A stretch of DNA of 62,646 nucleotides, filler included, from Chiloscyllium plagiosum (taxonomy: Eukaryota), in the NCBI RefSeq assembly GCF_004010195.1. It is 5 parts of one record of this genome, joined end to end, with 100 filler letters (N's around TTAATTAATTAA, not from the genome) between each part and the next. Parts side by side here need not be neighbours in the genome. Positions count along the whole stretch, not along the records: positions 1 to 11,555 come from NC_057710.1; positions 11,656 to 24,473 come from NC_057710.1; 3 more parts are not named here. One strand, given 5' to 3'. Position 1 is the first letter of the stretch. Each line of letters opens with the position of its first letter. The position numbers and the translations under genes were made by a program. The notes under the pieces are model-generated. The model was not told the origin of the DNA, made no database searches, and was given only the letters and a program-made list of their open reading frames with translations. This document shows, in pieces, positions 1 to 11,784 of this stretch.

Positions 1-922
1 CCCCGTCTCTCTCTCGCCTCCTGAACACCTTTGAGGATGAAGAACCTCTTGATGTTCCCTTTTACTGTTTCCCACCAGTCCGCTGGGGACTCAAAGAGGG
101 GCTTCACGGTTCTCCAACTGCGTAGTCCCTCTTGAGTTCCTCAATGTTTCCCGGGGTCAACAGCTTTGTGTTCAGCTTCCACGTTCCCTTACCTGCCCGC
201 TGCTCGTCCTGTAGGTGACAGTCGGCCAGCAGGAGGCAGTGGTCAGAGAAGAACACCGGCTTGACTTCGGTGGATCTGACCGAGAGCGTTCGGGACGCAA
301 ACAGGTCATCTATCCTTGAGCGGATAGACCTGTCTGCCCGTGACCAGGTGTATCTACGCTGCGCTCCGTCTGCAGGGGTGCTGAAGACGTCGTGCAGCTT
401 GGCATCCTTTACCGTGTCCATCAGGGCTCTGGACATGGTGTCCAGTTTACTGTCCCACCCGCCGGATCGTCCATCTGCATCAATGATATAGTTGAAGTCT
501 CCAGCCAGAATGACCATCCTGGACGTAGCCAGCAACAGTGGAAGCTGCTGCAGGACGGCCAACCGATCACTCTTACCCACTGGGGCAGACACATTAATCA
601 GTCTCAGGGGAGCATTCCTGTACATGACGTCGGCGACGAGGAGGCGCCCGCCCACCGCCTCCTTAACCTTGGAGATGGTGAAGTTGCCTCCTCTCAACAG
701 GATACCCAGGCCGGAGGCACGGCTATCATTGCCCCCCGACCAAACTGACGGCCCATGGGCCCACAAGCTCGACCATCTCCTGTAGCTGCTGAGGTGCGGT
801 ATCCCACACTCCTGCAGGAACAGGACGTCGGCTTTAACGTTGGCCAGGAAGGCCATCGTACCAACGCATCGCGTAGCCGATTTGATGCTACGCACATTGA
901 TGCTGGCCATTTTTAACCCCAT
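1..922 (-). pseudogene. Tx1 ORF2 N-terminus, AP endonuclease domain (frameshift near 120, continues off window)
   Basis: MGLKMASINVRS, FLQE, LAGDFN, YTWS, SRID, FFSDH and GTWKLN motifs of L1/Tx1 endonucleases. ADWWE-like linker resumes in another frame below position 120. Confidence 0.9.
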
Positions 923-923
923 T

Positions 924-2362
924 TTAACAGTTTACAAGGTTAACAGTGTCCATTTGCTGCTGGTCTTGCCCCTCTGGGGTAGCTGTGTGCATCCCTGTGG
1001 TGACGGCAAACTGCTGGACCCTCCCAGAGCTGAGGTAGCTGACCGGCTCCACGCTGGAGCCATTTCCCCGCTCTGGTGTCTTCGGGTCGGGCCCAGGGTC
1101 CACATGGTCCAGTTCTCCATCTGACAGCGGGGCTGTCACAGGACCGCTGCTCCCAGTTACCTGGAGCTGTGGGCCGGTGGGTACCTCTTGGTTCTCACCG
1201 GGTTGGGGGGAGGCCTTTACCCGTCCCCTCAGAGGGATCGTCTTTTCCTGCTTGGGCGATGCTGCCCTCCGTTTTCCCCACAGCGCTCTGTCTCTTCCTC
1301 TGGTGACGACCCGCCTTGCGCCCGTCCTCACTGTCGGAAGAGCTGCCTGTATCCTCGCCGTGTAGGTGTCACTTCCCCCCTCGCTGGGTGGCTTTGGGAG
1401 GTTTCCTCTTCCTGCTTTTCACCGTAATCCAATCCTCTGCCTCCTATGATCCCTTCCCTTCCATTTCCTCCGTCTGTCCTGAAGGAGCTTGGATTGGCTG
1501 CTGCACCTCCCCGCTGTCTGCCGTCTGCTCCGCTACAGCCTGCCCTTCCTTCTGGGTGCCTCCAGACACCGTTCCCGTGCTGTTTTGTGGCACCTTGCTG
1601 GTCTTAGGCTCATGTTGCCACCTCCAGCCATCTGTGCGTAGGTGGCGGCCCCTCGTCTTGGGCAGGCCTTGTACATGTGGCCCGTCTCTCCGCATAGATT
1701 ACAGTTCTTGGCCTCCTTACATTTCTTGATCGAGTGGCCTTCCTGCTTGCAGTTTCGGCAGATGGTCACCTTGCAATCCGCCACCATGTGGCCTGATCTC
1801 CTGCAAGTTCGGCACACTTTCGGCTGCCCTGCGTATGTCAGGTAACCTCTGCTTCCTCCGATGGCAAAGCTGGAGGGTGGGTGGAGGATGTTCCCACTGG
1901 CATCGACCCTCAGGGTTACCCTGACCTGTCGTTTGCTGGTCCAGATCCCGAAGGGATCGACCACATCGGTACTCTCTCCCTCGACCTGGACGTATCTTCT
2001 CAAGAAGGTCAGGACATCTGCTGCTGGGACGTGAGGGTTGTACATCTGGATTGTTACAACCCGACTCCTTTGCGCAGGAAGCACACACAATGGGACCGCC
2101 CACAAGATGGAGAACAGGTCCTGAAGACCTTCAGGAGCTGCTCGTAATTCTTCACGCTCCTGAAGGTCACATCGAAATACCCTGCCACAGGGAAATCCTG
2201 CAGGCAGTACACGTCCGCTGCTTCGAACCCGCAGCACTCCAGCAAAATCTTCTTCACAAACACCGTCCAATCGACTGGTGTGCGTTCCTCCACCTTCTTC
2301 ACAGTCACCCTGACTGTGTTGCGAATGCCCTGGCCAGGGCTGCGAGCGGCTGCTGATGCCAT
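924..2362 (-). pseudogene. Tx1 ORF1 (gag-like, 3 zinc knuckles), frameshifted
   Basis: ATG at 2362 (MASAAARSPGQGIRNTVRV...). Frame changes near 2120 into ...GYLTYAGQPKVCRTCRRSGHMVADC...CRNCKQEGHSIKKC...CNLCGETGHMYKAC. Low-complexity C-terminus ends in TAA at 926-924. Confidence 0.85.
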
Positions 2363-2597
2363 AGCTCTGAGGTTGGCTGGTACCTGAATTGGCGTTAGGC
2401 CGAAGCCAGCATAAAGATCCACCAAGAGCAGGTCAGCACAACCAAACGATCCTCCAACGTCCAATCACAATCCAGCGATGGTCCCCAGCAGCTCCGACGA
2501 CTCGCAACACGATCCCGTGGTTTTTCCCCCACCAGCACACGTCCGCTGCGTCAAACCGACAGCACTCGAGCAGAATCTCTTCCTCTGGTCCTCAGGA

Positions 2598-2634
2598 ACT
2601 ACACATAGTCCGAGTCAAAAGGCCGAGAAGCGAT
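2598..2634 (-). ncRNA. U2 snRNA 5' fragment (nt 1-37), diverged; not a functional gene
   Basis: Minus strand reads ATCGCTTCTCGGCCTTTTGactcggactATGTGTAGT versus U2 ATCGCTTCTCGGCCTTTTGgctaagatcAAGTGTAGT; first 19 nt identical. Confidence 0.88.
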
Positions 2635-4183
2635 CATGTAGATCGGACGACCAGAGGGGAGGCCATATTGGATTTAGTACTTGGTAACGAACCGGGACAA
2701 GTGATGGGCTTGTTAGTGGGTGAGCATTTTGGTGATGGTGACCACAATTCTGTGACTTTCACCTTGGTTATGGAGATAGATCGGTGCGTGCAACAGGGCA
2801 GGTTTTACAATTGGGGGAAGGGTAAATATGATGCTGCAAGACAGGATCTGAGGAGCATTTAGGGCATTTTGAAAAACTTGAGGATAGACAAGTCCCCCGG
2901 GCCTGATGGGATATATCCTAGGATTATGTGGGAAGCAAGAGAGGAAATTGCAGAACCGTAGGCAATAATCTTTTCGTCTTCACTGTCAATGGGGGTGGTG
3001 CCAGGGGACTGGAGAGTGGCGAATGTTGTGCCCCTGTTCAAAAAAGGGAATAGGGATAACCCCGGGAATTACAGGCCAGTTAGTCTTACTTCGGTGTTAG
3101 GCAAAGTAATGGAAAGCGTACTGAGGGATAGGATTTATGAGTATCTGGAAAGACACTGCTTGATTAGGGACAGCCAGCATGGATTTGTGAGGGGTAGGTC
3201 TTGCCTTACAAGTCTTATTGATTTCTTTGAAGAGGTGACCAAGCATGTGGATGAGGGTAGAGCAGTGGATGTAATGTACATGGATTTTAGTAAGGTATTT
3301 GATAAGGTTCCCCATGGTAGGCTTATGCGGAAAGTCAGGAGGCATGGGATAGTGGGAAGTTTGGCCAGTTGGATAGAGAACTGGCTAACCGGTCGAAGGC
3401 AGATGGTAGATGGTAAATATTCAGCCTGGAGCCCAGTTACAAGTGAGTTCCGTAGGGATCAGTTCTGGGTCCTCTGCTGTTTGTAATTTTTATTAATAAC
3501 TTGGAAGAGGGAGTCGAAGGGTGGATCAGTAAATTTGCAGACAATACGAAAATTGGTGGAGTTGTGGATAGTGAGAAGAAGGCCTATGGAGTATTATCGT
3601 TCATTAGCAGAGGGATTGAATTCAAGAGTCGTGAAGTGATGTTGCAGCTGTACAGGACTTTGGTTAGGCCACAGTTGGAGTACTGTGTGCAGTTCTGGTC
3701 GCCTCACTTTCGGAAAGATGTGGAAGCTTTGGAGAGGGTTCAGAGAAGATTTACCAGGATGTTGCCTGGAATGGAGAGGAAGTCGTACGAGGATAGGTTG
3801 AGAGTTCTCGGCCTTTTCTCGTTGGAACGGCGAAGGATGAGGGGTGACTTGATCGAGGTTTATAAGATGATCAGGGGAATAGATAGAGTAGACAGTCAGA
3901 GACTTTTTCCCCGGGTACAACAGAGTGTTATAAGGGGACATAAATTTAAGGTGAAGGGTGGAAGGTATAGGGGGACGTCAGGGGTAGCTTCTTTACCCAG
4001 AGAGTGGTGGGGGCATGGAAATGCGCTGCCTGTGGGAGTGGCAGAGTCAGAATCATTGGTGACCTTTAAGCGGCAATTAGATAGGTACATGGATGGGTGC
4101 TTAAGCTAGGACAAATGTTCGGCACAATATCGTGGGTCGAACGGCCTGTTCTGTGCTGTATTGTTCTATGTTCTATGTTCTAT
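2635..4183 (+). mobile_element. CR1 LINE fragment (late EN, RT, 3' end) with internal deletions
   Basis: AILDLVLGNEPGQV, PGNYRPVSLTS, QHGF, YMDFSKVFDKVPH, KFADNTK, LEYCVQFWSP motifs; (TTCTATG)n tail at about 4162-4183. Confidence 0.92.
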
Positions 4184-5734
4184 AAAGGAAAGCATACCAA
4201 ACGCCTTCTTCACTATCCCATCTACCTGCAACTCCACTTTCAAGGAGCTATGAACCTGCACTCCAAGGTCTCTTTGTTCAGCAACACTCCCTAGGACCTT
4301 ACCATAAAGTGTATAAGTCCTGCTAAGATTTGCTTTCCCAAAATGCAGCACCTCACATTTATCTGAATTAAACTTCATCTGCCACTTCTCTGCCCATTGG
4401 CGCATCTGGTCAAGATCTTCTTGTAATCTGATGTAACCCTCTTCGCTGTCCACTACATTTCCAATTTTGGTGTCATCTGCCAAACTTACTAACATACCTC
4501 TTATGCTCGCATCCAAATCATTTATGTAAATGACAAAAAGTGGAGGACCCAGCACCGATCCTTGTGACACTCCACTGGTCACAGGCCTCTAGTCTGAAAA
4601 ACTACCACCTTCTGTCTCCTACCTTTGAACCAGTTCTGTATCCAAATGGCCATTTCTCCCTGTATTTTGTGAGATCTAATCTTGCTAACCAGTCTTCCAT
4701 GGGGAACCTTGTCGAACGCCTTACTGAAATCCATATAGATCACATCTACTGCTCTGCCCTCATCAAGCCTCTTTGTTACTTCCTCAAAAAACTCAATCAA
4801 GTTTGTGAGACATGATTTCCCACGCACAAAGCCATGTTGACTATCCCTAATCAGTCCTTGCTTTTCCAAAATACATGAACCTCCTGTCCCTCAGGATTCC
4901 TTCCAACAAATTGCCCACCACCGACGTCAGGCTCACTGGTCTATAGTACCCTGGCTTGTCCTTACCATCCTTCTTAAACAGTGGCACCACGTTAGCCAAC
5001 CTCCAGTCTTCTGACACCTCACCTGTGACTATCAATGATACAAATATCTCAGCAAGAGGCCCATCAATCACTTCTCTAACTTCCCTCATAGTTCTAGGGT
5101 ACACCTGATCAGGTCCTGGGGATTTATCCACTTTTATGCGTTTCAAAACACCAGCACTTCCTCCTCTGTAATATGGACATTTTGCAAGGTGTAACCATCT
5201 ACTTCCCTTCAGTCTATGTCTTCCAAATCCTTTTCCATAGTCAATACTGATGCAAAATATTCGTTCGGTACCTCCCCCATTTTCTGTGTCTCCATAAAAT
5301 GTCCGCCTTGATGATCTTTGAGGGGCTCTATTTTCTCCTTAGTTACCCTTTTGTCCTTAGCATATTTGTAAAAACCGTTTGGATTCTCCTTAATTTTATT
5401 TGCCAAAGCTATCTCATGTCCCCTTTTTGCCCTCCTGATCTCCCTCTTAAGTATACTACTACTGCCTTTATACTCTTCTAAGGATTCACTGGATCTATCC
5501 TGTCTATACCTTACATATGCTTCCTTCTTTTTCTTAACCAAACCCTCAGTTTCTTTAGTCATCCAGCATTCCCTATACCTACCAGCCTTTCCTTTCACCC
5601 TGACAGGAATACACTTTCTTTGGGTTCTCGTTATCTCATTTCAGAAGGCTTCCCATTTTCCAGCCGTACCTTTACCTGCGAACATCTGCCCGCAATCAGC
5701 TTTTGAAAGTTCTTGCCTAATACTGTCAAAATTC
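4184..5734 (-). mobile_element. CR1 LINE ORF2 fragment (linker plus RT), interrupted by the adjacent CR1
   Basis: KSPGPDQVYPR, YRPVSLTS, SQHGF, YMDFSKAFDKVPHGRL, GVSQGSVLGP, LADDTK motifs across frameshifted ORFs. Confidence 0.92.
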
Positions 5735-6997
5735 TTATGTAAGGAGTACGTTAGATGAGATATCACCAATGCATATGCAAGCCAAGAGCAAAATTTACCC
5801 ATTTTTAAATTTCATTTTCCTCCAAAAAAATGTTCAATTTGTCTTCCTACTACTTGCTGTATCTGCATTTTTTTTGTGATCCATGTATCAGGACACATCG
5901 ATCCTGCTGTACTTCAGACCTCTGTAAACTTTCTCCAGTAAAATAATGTATTACCTTCTGTTGTGTCTGTTAAAGTAGATAAGTTCATGTTTTCTCATGT
6001 TATACGACATTGCTGAATTTTTGATCGCCTACTTAATGTATCTGCGTCTCTTTACAAACTCCTTCACAATTCTTCCAACATACTTTCCTATCTATCTTTG
6101 TGCCATCAGCAAATCTGATCCTTTCATCCAGGCCATTGATGTAGATTGTAAATTATTGAGATGCTGTTGATCCCTGTGTATATTTTGTAAACCTGAAAGT
6201 GAACCATTTATACCAAATTATTTTCTTTATTTCTTCACGGGGTTAGGGTATCACTGGCAAGGCAGCATTTGCTGTCCATCTCTAATTACCCAGAGAGCAG
6301 TTAAGAGTCAACCATATTGCTGTGGGTCTGGAGTCACACATAGGCCAGACCAGGTAAGGATGGCAGTTTCCTTTCCAAAAGAACATCAGTGAATCAGATG
6401 GGTTTTTCCAACAGTTGACAATGGATTAAAAGTTATCAATATTCTTAATTCCAGATATTCATTAAATTCAAATTCTACCATCTGCCTTGGTGGGATTTGA
6501 ACACAAATCACCAGAACATTTCCTGCAAGCTATGTAAATGTAGTTTTCGTGTGTGTCTGATTTATTTGTTTACTTATTGGGACTCATTTTATACTAATAA
6601 TAAGATGTGGTTTATCATGTGACATGGTTTATTATCATTGAAATAGAAGATGATTACATGCAATTCTATGAAACCAGTCTTTTTCTCTAACTTCCCAAGT
6701 AACCTTACAGTTCTTAAATGACTATGTTCTTGCATGATTTTAAATCTGCTTTGGAAACGCAAGATAGCAAAGAAGTTTATACTAACCTGATTAGAGTTGG
6801 GCTGATCTCAGGTTGAGACTATTCTTCCTGCTCCCAAGGTTCCTGCCCCTTATGCTGACTTTGTCTCTGGATTGTCAGACCTTCTGATTTGAGTGGCCCC
6901 TTTAAATACAATTCCTCCAAGTCATCGTCAAGTACAGTGGTTCACTATAATTCACTGTGTCGGCATGGTAACTGGCATGTAGTTTCTTCCCATGTAG

Positions 6998-7302
6998 TTA
7001 GATTAGATTAGATTTCCTACAGTGTGGAAACGGGCCCCTTGGCCCAACAAGTCCACACCGACCCTCCGAACAGTAACCCACCCAGACCCATTCCCCTACA
7101 TTTACCCCTAACCAATGAACCTAAACTATGGACTATTTAGCATGGCAAATTCACCTAATCTGCACATCTTTGGATTGTGGGAGGAAACCCACGCAGACAC
7201 AGAGAGAATGTGCAAACTCCAACAGATAGTCGCCTGCAATTGGAATCAAACCCAGGTCCCTGGTGCTGTGAGGCAGCAATGCTAACCACTGTGCCACCGT
7301 GC
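6998..7302 (-). mobile_element. HE1-like tRNA-derived SINE
   Basis: Minus strand begins GCACGGTGGCACAGTGGTTAGC (A box), has a B-box-like GGTTTGATTCC, a CR1-like 3' end and an (AATCT)n tail; homologous to the copy at 47129. Confidence 0.85.
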
Positions 7303-10300
7303 AGTAATGTAATGAATCTAATTCAGTTACTCCATGTGAAATGAGTCTCTATCCCAGGAAAAGGCATTGCAAAAGGCAATATTGGATATTGTAATTCCCT
7401 ATTGATTAAGTTCAGGCTGTCTGAAAACAATTCTACCGAAACTCCAATCTCTTGTTTCATCTGAAACCCTGCAGTATTGTCACATCAACATAGTTGATCA
7501 AAATACCCAGTTTGCATATCTGTTTGATCTGACCCAATTTGGCTGTGAATTCTGCAAGCTTCCTGGCTTTTATTTCCACTCCCTTCCCAGCATGCCATTC
7601 AATTGGCCAATTTTCCCAGCATGCCCAATGTTATTTTTAGTATCCCAAAAGAGCTGTTATTTTATTTAGAAGAGACATTCCACTACTTACAACCAATCCT
7701 ATATCCTTGCAACACCATTAGTTGTTACTGTGTGGTGTAGTAACCTTCGATGTGGCATCTTGTCAAGTGCCTTCTGAAAATCCAAGTACACCCCTTTATC
7801 CACATCGCTTGTTACTTCCTCAAGATGTTCTTATAAATTATACCAACACATCTTCCCTTCCACAAAATCATGTGAAGTTTAGAGTTTCCAAGTGCCCTGC
7901 ATCAACCTCCTTAATAATGGATTCCAGCATATTGTCAATGGCAGATATTGCACTAACTGGCCTGAAGTACTTTAGTTTTTGGGCCCCCCTCCTTACCTGA
8001 ATAGAAGGGTAATATTTGCTATTTTCCTAATCTGATGTGGCTTTTCCAGAAGCTAGGGAATTTTGGAAACCTAAAGTCTATCTCCACAGTCTGTACCTAG
8101 GATTAATACCGTCAGGCCCTCAGCTTTTTATTCTTCAATTCCAATAGTTTTTTTTAGTTCTCCTCCCTGGTGATTATCTCCCTCCCTCTGGTTACCCTTC
8201 ATTGATCACCCAGCACACCCTGTTGGATGATCACAATAAGGTTAGCTTTGAAAAGATCCCTCCCTTGCAGATGATATTTTCCTTACCTGAATGAATTTAT
8301 CTTTTAAAAGGAACCACTATAACCATGTTTTATTGAGTTAACAAAAATGAGTTTATTAATTATGTGCATGTAAGCATAAGAGGTATAGTTAGTAAGTTTG
8401 CAGATGACACCAAAATTGGAGGTGTGGTGGACAGCAAAGAAGGTGACCTCAGATTACAACAAGATCTTGATCAGATGGGCCAATGGCTGAGGAGTGGCAG
8501 ATGGAGTTTAATTTAGATAAATGCGAGGTGCTGCATTTTGGGAAAGCAAATCTTAGCAGGACTTATACACTTAATGGTAAGGTCCTAAGGAGTGTTGCTG
8601 AACAAAGAGACCTTGGAGTGCAGGTTCATAGCTCCTTGAAAGTGGAGTTGCAGGTAGATAGGATATTAATTTGTTTTGCAGCAGAGAGTGGTGGGAGCTG
8701 GGCAGAAGTGAGGTCGGAACACAGAGGCTGTTGGGAAGGTTAGTGTGTGCTATTTAAGTACTTACCTCAAAGCCAGCAGTCTTTTTTGCAGCAGAGAGCG
8801 GCGGAATCTAGTCGGAAGTGAGGTCGGAACACAGAGGCTGTTGGGAAGGTTCGTGAGGGCTACTTAAGTAGGGTGTGTTCTAGGCCCCAGGTAATAGGGC
8901 CTCCCTCCCACCCTTCTCCTGTAATCTGAGTCCACAGACTCACAACAAAAAAAGAGGGTTGAGGGAAGTGCCTGGTGAGAAAATTGCAAGTCATTGGCTT
9001 ACGTCACAGACTCAGAAGATTACACCACAGTTTGAAGAGGGTGAAGACTTGACTGCCAAGCTGATTCAGTGTGCTGCGTGCATGATGTGGGAGGTCAGGG
9101 ACACTGATTGAGTATCTGGCTCCTATAGCTGTGGAAAGTGTGTACACATTCAGCTTCTGAAGGAGTATGTTGCAGCACTGAAGAAAGAACTAGATTACTT
9201 CAGGCCCATCCGAGAAAATGAGAATTTTCTGGACAGCACCTTCAGCCAGGTCATTACACAGGTCTGTCAATCAAACATTGATGTGAAGGCAGAGCTGAGG
9301 AGTCAGACATCATGCAGAGCTGTGGTAATAGGGGACTTCATTGTGAGAGGGACTGAAAGGGGTTTCTGTGGCAACAGGAGGGATTTGAGGATGGTGTATT
9401 GCCTTCGTGGTGCCAGGATCCAGGACGTCACTGACAGAGTGCAGGGAATCGTCAAGGGTGAAGGTGGAGGGCCAGAGGTGGTGGTGCCAGTTGGCACAAA
9501 TGACATCGGGAAGAAGAGGAGGGACATTCTACAGACCTGTCCGCCACTCAGACTGGCAGTGTCATCTGTCTCGTCAGTTTCCAAGAGAGTTAACCTGTTC
9601 ACGACTTGAATGTGTGGCTGAGGAACCGGAGAAGGAAGCAAGGTTTTAAATTCTTGGATCACTGGGGTATGTTTTGCGGTAAAGATAAATTATACAAGAG
9701 GGACGGGTTGCACCTTAATAGGTGGGGGACCAGCATTCTGGCAGGCAGGTTTGCCACTGCAACACAGGTGTGTTTAAACTAAGTAGTGGGGGGGAGGGGA
9801 CAAACTGGAAATTCAAGAAAGAAGTTAAAGGGAAAGTGAGAATAAGAGACGTTAAGAAAGACAACAGAATCAATGGAGCAAAAAACTCAAGAAGGGATCA
9901 TACAATATGGTCAAGTGAAATAGGGATTGATAGGATGTGTGAAGGGAGTAACAAATTAAAAATATTATATATGAATCCACAAAGCATAAGAAATAAGATG
10001 GACGAGCTTGAGGCTTAGTTGGAAATTGGCAGGTGGGGATAACTGAGATGTGGCTTCAAGTGGACAGGGCCTGGGAAATGAATATAAAAGGCTATATGTG
10101 CTTTTGAAAGGACAGACTGATGGGCAGAGGGGGTGGGGTGGCCCTGTTGTTGAGGAATGATATTCAGTCTCTTGCAAGGGGGGACATAGAATCAGGAGAT
10201 GTAGAGTCAGTATGGATAGAGCTGAGAAATTCTAAGGGTAGGAAGACCCTAATGGGAGTTATCTACAGGCCCCCAAACAGTAGTCTGGATGTAGAGTGTA

Positions 10301-11316
10301 AGTTGAATAAGGAGTTGAAATTGGCCTGTTGCAAAGGTATTACTACAGTTGTTATGAGGGATTTCAACATGCAGGTAGAATGGGAGAATCAGGATGGTAC
10401 TAAGAAAGGGAGTTTGTGGAGTGCCTCTGAGATGGATTCTTAGAACAGCTTATACTGGAGCCTACCAGGGAGAAGGCAATTCTGGATCTGGTGTTGTGCA
10501 TCAAACCATATTTGATCAGGGACCTCAAAGTAAAGGAAGTAGTGACCATAATATGATAAGTTTTAATCTGCAATTTGAGAGGGAAAATGGAGAATTGGAA
10601 GTGTGAGCATTGCAGTCGAACAAAGGGAACTATGGAGTTATGAGGGAGGAGCTGACCAAAGCTCAATGGTTCAATTCCCCAGCAGGGATGGCAGTGGACA
10701 AACAATGGCAGGTATTTCTGGATATAATGCAGAAGGTGTAGGATCAGTTCATTCCAAAGAGGAAGTAAGATCCTAAGGGGAGGCAGGGATGGCCATGGCT
10801 GACGAGGGAAGTTAAGGACTATATAAAGATAAAAGAGAAGAAATATAACATAGCAAAGATTAGCAGGAAGCCGGAGGACTAGGAAACTTTAAAAGAGCAA
10901 GAGAGGATAACTAAAAAGGCAATACGCGGAGAAAAGATGCGGTACGAAGGCTATAGATTTAGGATCAGTTCCTGCGGACTGGAGGGGGCTAATGTTGTCC
11001 CACTTTTCAAGAAAGGAGGGAGAGAGAAAACAGGGAATTATAGACCGGTTAGCCTGATACCAGTGGTGGGAAAGATGCTGGAGTCAATTATAAAAGATGA
11101 AATATGGCTCATTTAGATAGCAGTAACATGATAGGTCAGAGTCAGCATGGATTTACGAAGGGGAAATCAAGTTTGACTAATCTTCTGGAATCTTTTGAGG
11201 ATGTAACTATAAAGATGGACAAGGGAGAACCTGTGGATGCAGTGTACCTGGACTTTCAGAAAGCCTTTGATAAAGTCCCGTAAAGGTAGGGCACATGGTA
11301 TTGGGAGCAAGATACT

Positions 11317-11784
11317 TCCGCCACCCCTACTGCCGTGTCTGCCACCACTTCCGCCCCCACCAATGCCACTCACCTGCATTCTGCTGACACGCCCCCCACA
11401 TATCCCACTGTCACCATTCCCAGCACCCAGAACCCTGAGGGGAACACCACCCCTGCTCATGACTCCACCCCCATTCCCCCCACCACCACACCCACTCCAG
11501 TTACCGGCTCCGCCCCCACTTCCAGCTCCACACCCACACCAGATCCCAGCTCCCANNNNNNNNNNNNNNNNNNNNNNNNNNNNNNNNNNNNNNNNNNNNT
11601 TAATTAATTAANNNNNNNNNNNNNNNNNNNNNNNNNNNNNNNNNNNNNNNNNNNNGCTTATCTCTCCACACTTCAGGCTCTCTGCCTTTATTCCTGATGA
11701 AGGGCTTTTGCCCGAAACGTCGATTTTGCTGCTCCTCGGATGCTGCCTGAACTGCTGTGCTCTTCCAGCACCACTAATCCAAAA
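11317..11784 (+). mobile_element. Penelope-like element inserted in CR1 (spans an assembly gap)
   Basis: 17-bp TSD ATTGGGAGCAAGATACT at 11300-11316 and 11785-11801; Thr/Pro-rich ORF segment; 3' pLTR homologous to 57207-57330 with CTGATGA-stem-GAAACGTC. Confidence 0.85.
11556..11655. other. Assembly gap spacer (N44-TTAATTAATTAA-N44)
   Basis: The same 100-bp structure occurs four times; the linker puts stops in all six frames. Confidence 0.97.

Larger units (their letters stand above)
1..2634 (-). mobile_element. Tx1-clade (L1 superfamily) non-LTR retrotransposon, Keno-like, 5' half; runs off the window start
   Basis: ORF1 with three CCHC knuckles, ORF2 with an APE endonuclease, and a U2 snRNA-like 37-mer at the extreme 5' end. 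Frameshifts in both ORFs. Confidence 0.88.

Noticed and set aside
1533..2270. Host ZCCHC3-like gene
   Set aside because: Frameshifted and directly followed by an APE-domain ORF2; it is retrotransposon ORF1.
2598..2634. Functional U2 snRNA gene
   Set aside because: Only 37 nt, with no Sm site or 3' stem-loops, and flanked by TE sequence.
11237..11611. Proline-rich ORF (formin/extensin-like)
   Set aside because: An alternative frame of a C-rich Penelope segment bounded by a 17-bp TSD inside a CR1.
11600..11611. Recurrent TTAATTAATTAA palindrome (four copies)
   Set aside because: Always centred in 100-bp N blocks; an artificial scaffold linker.
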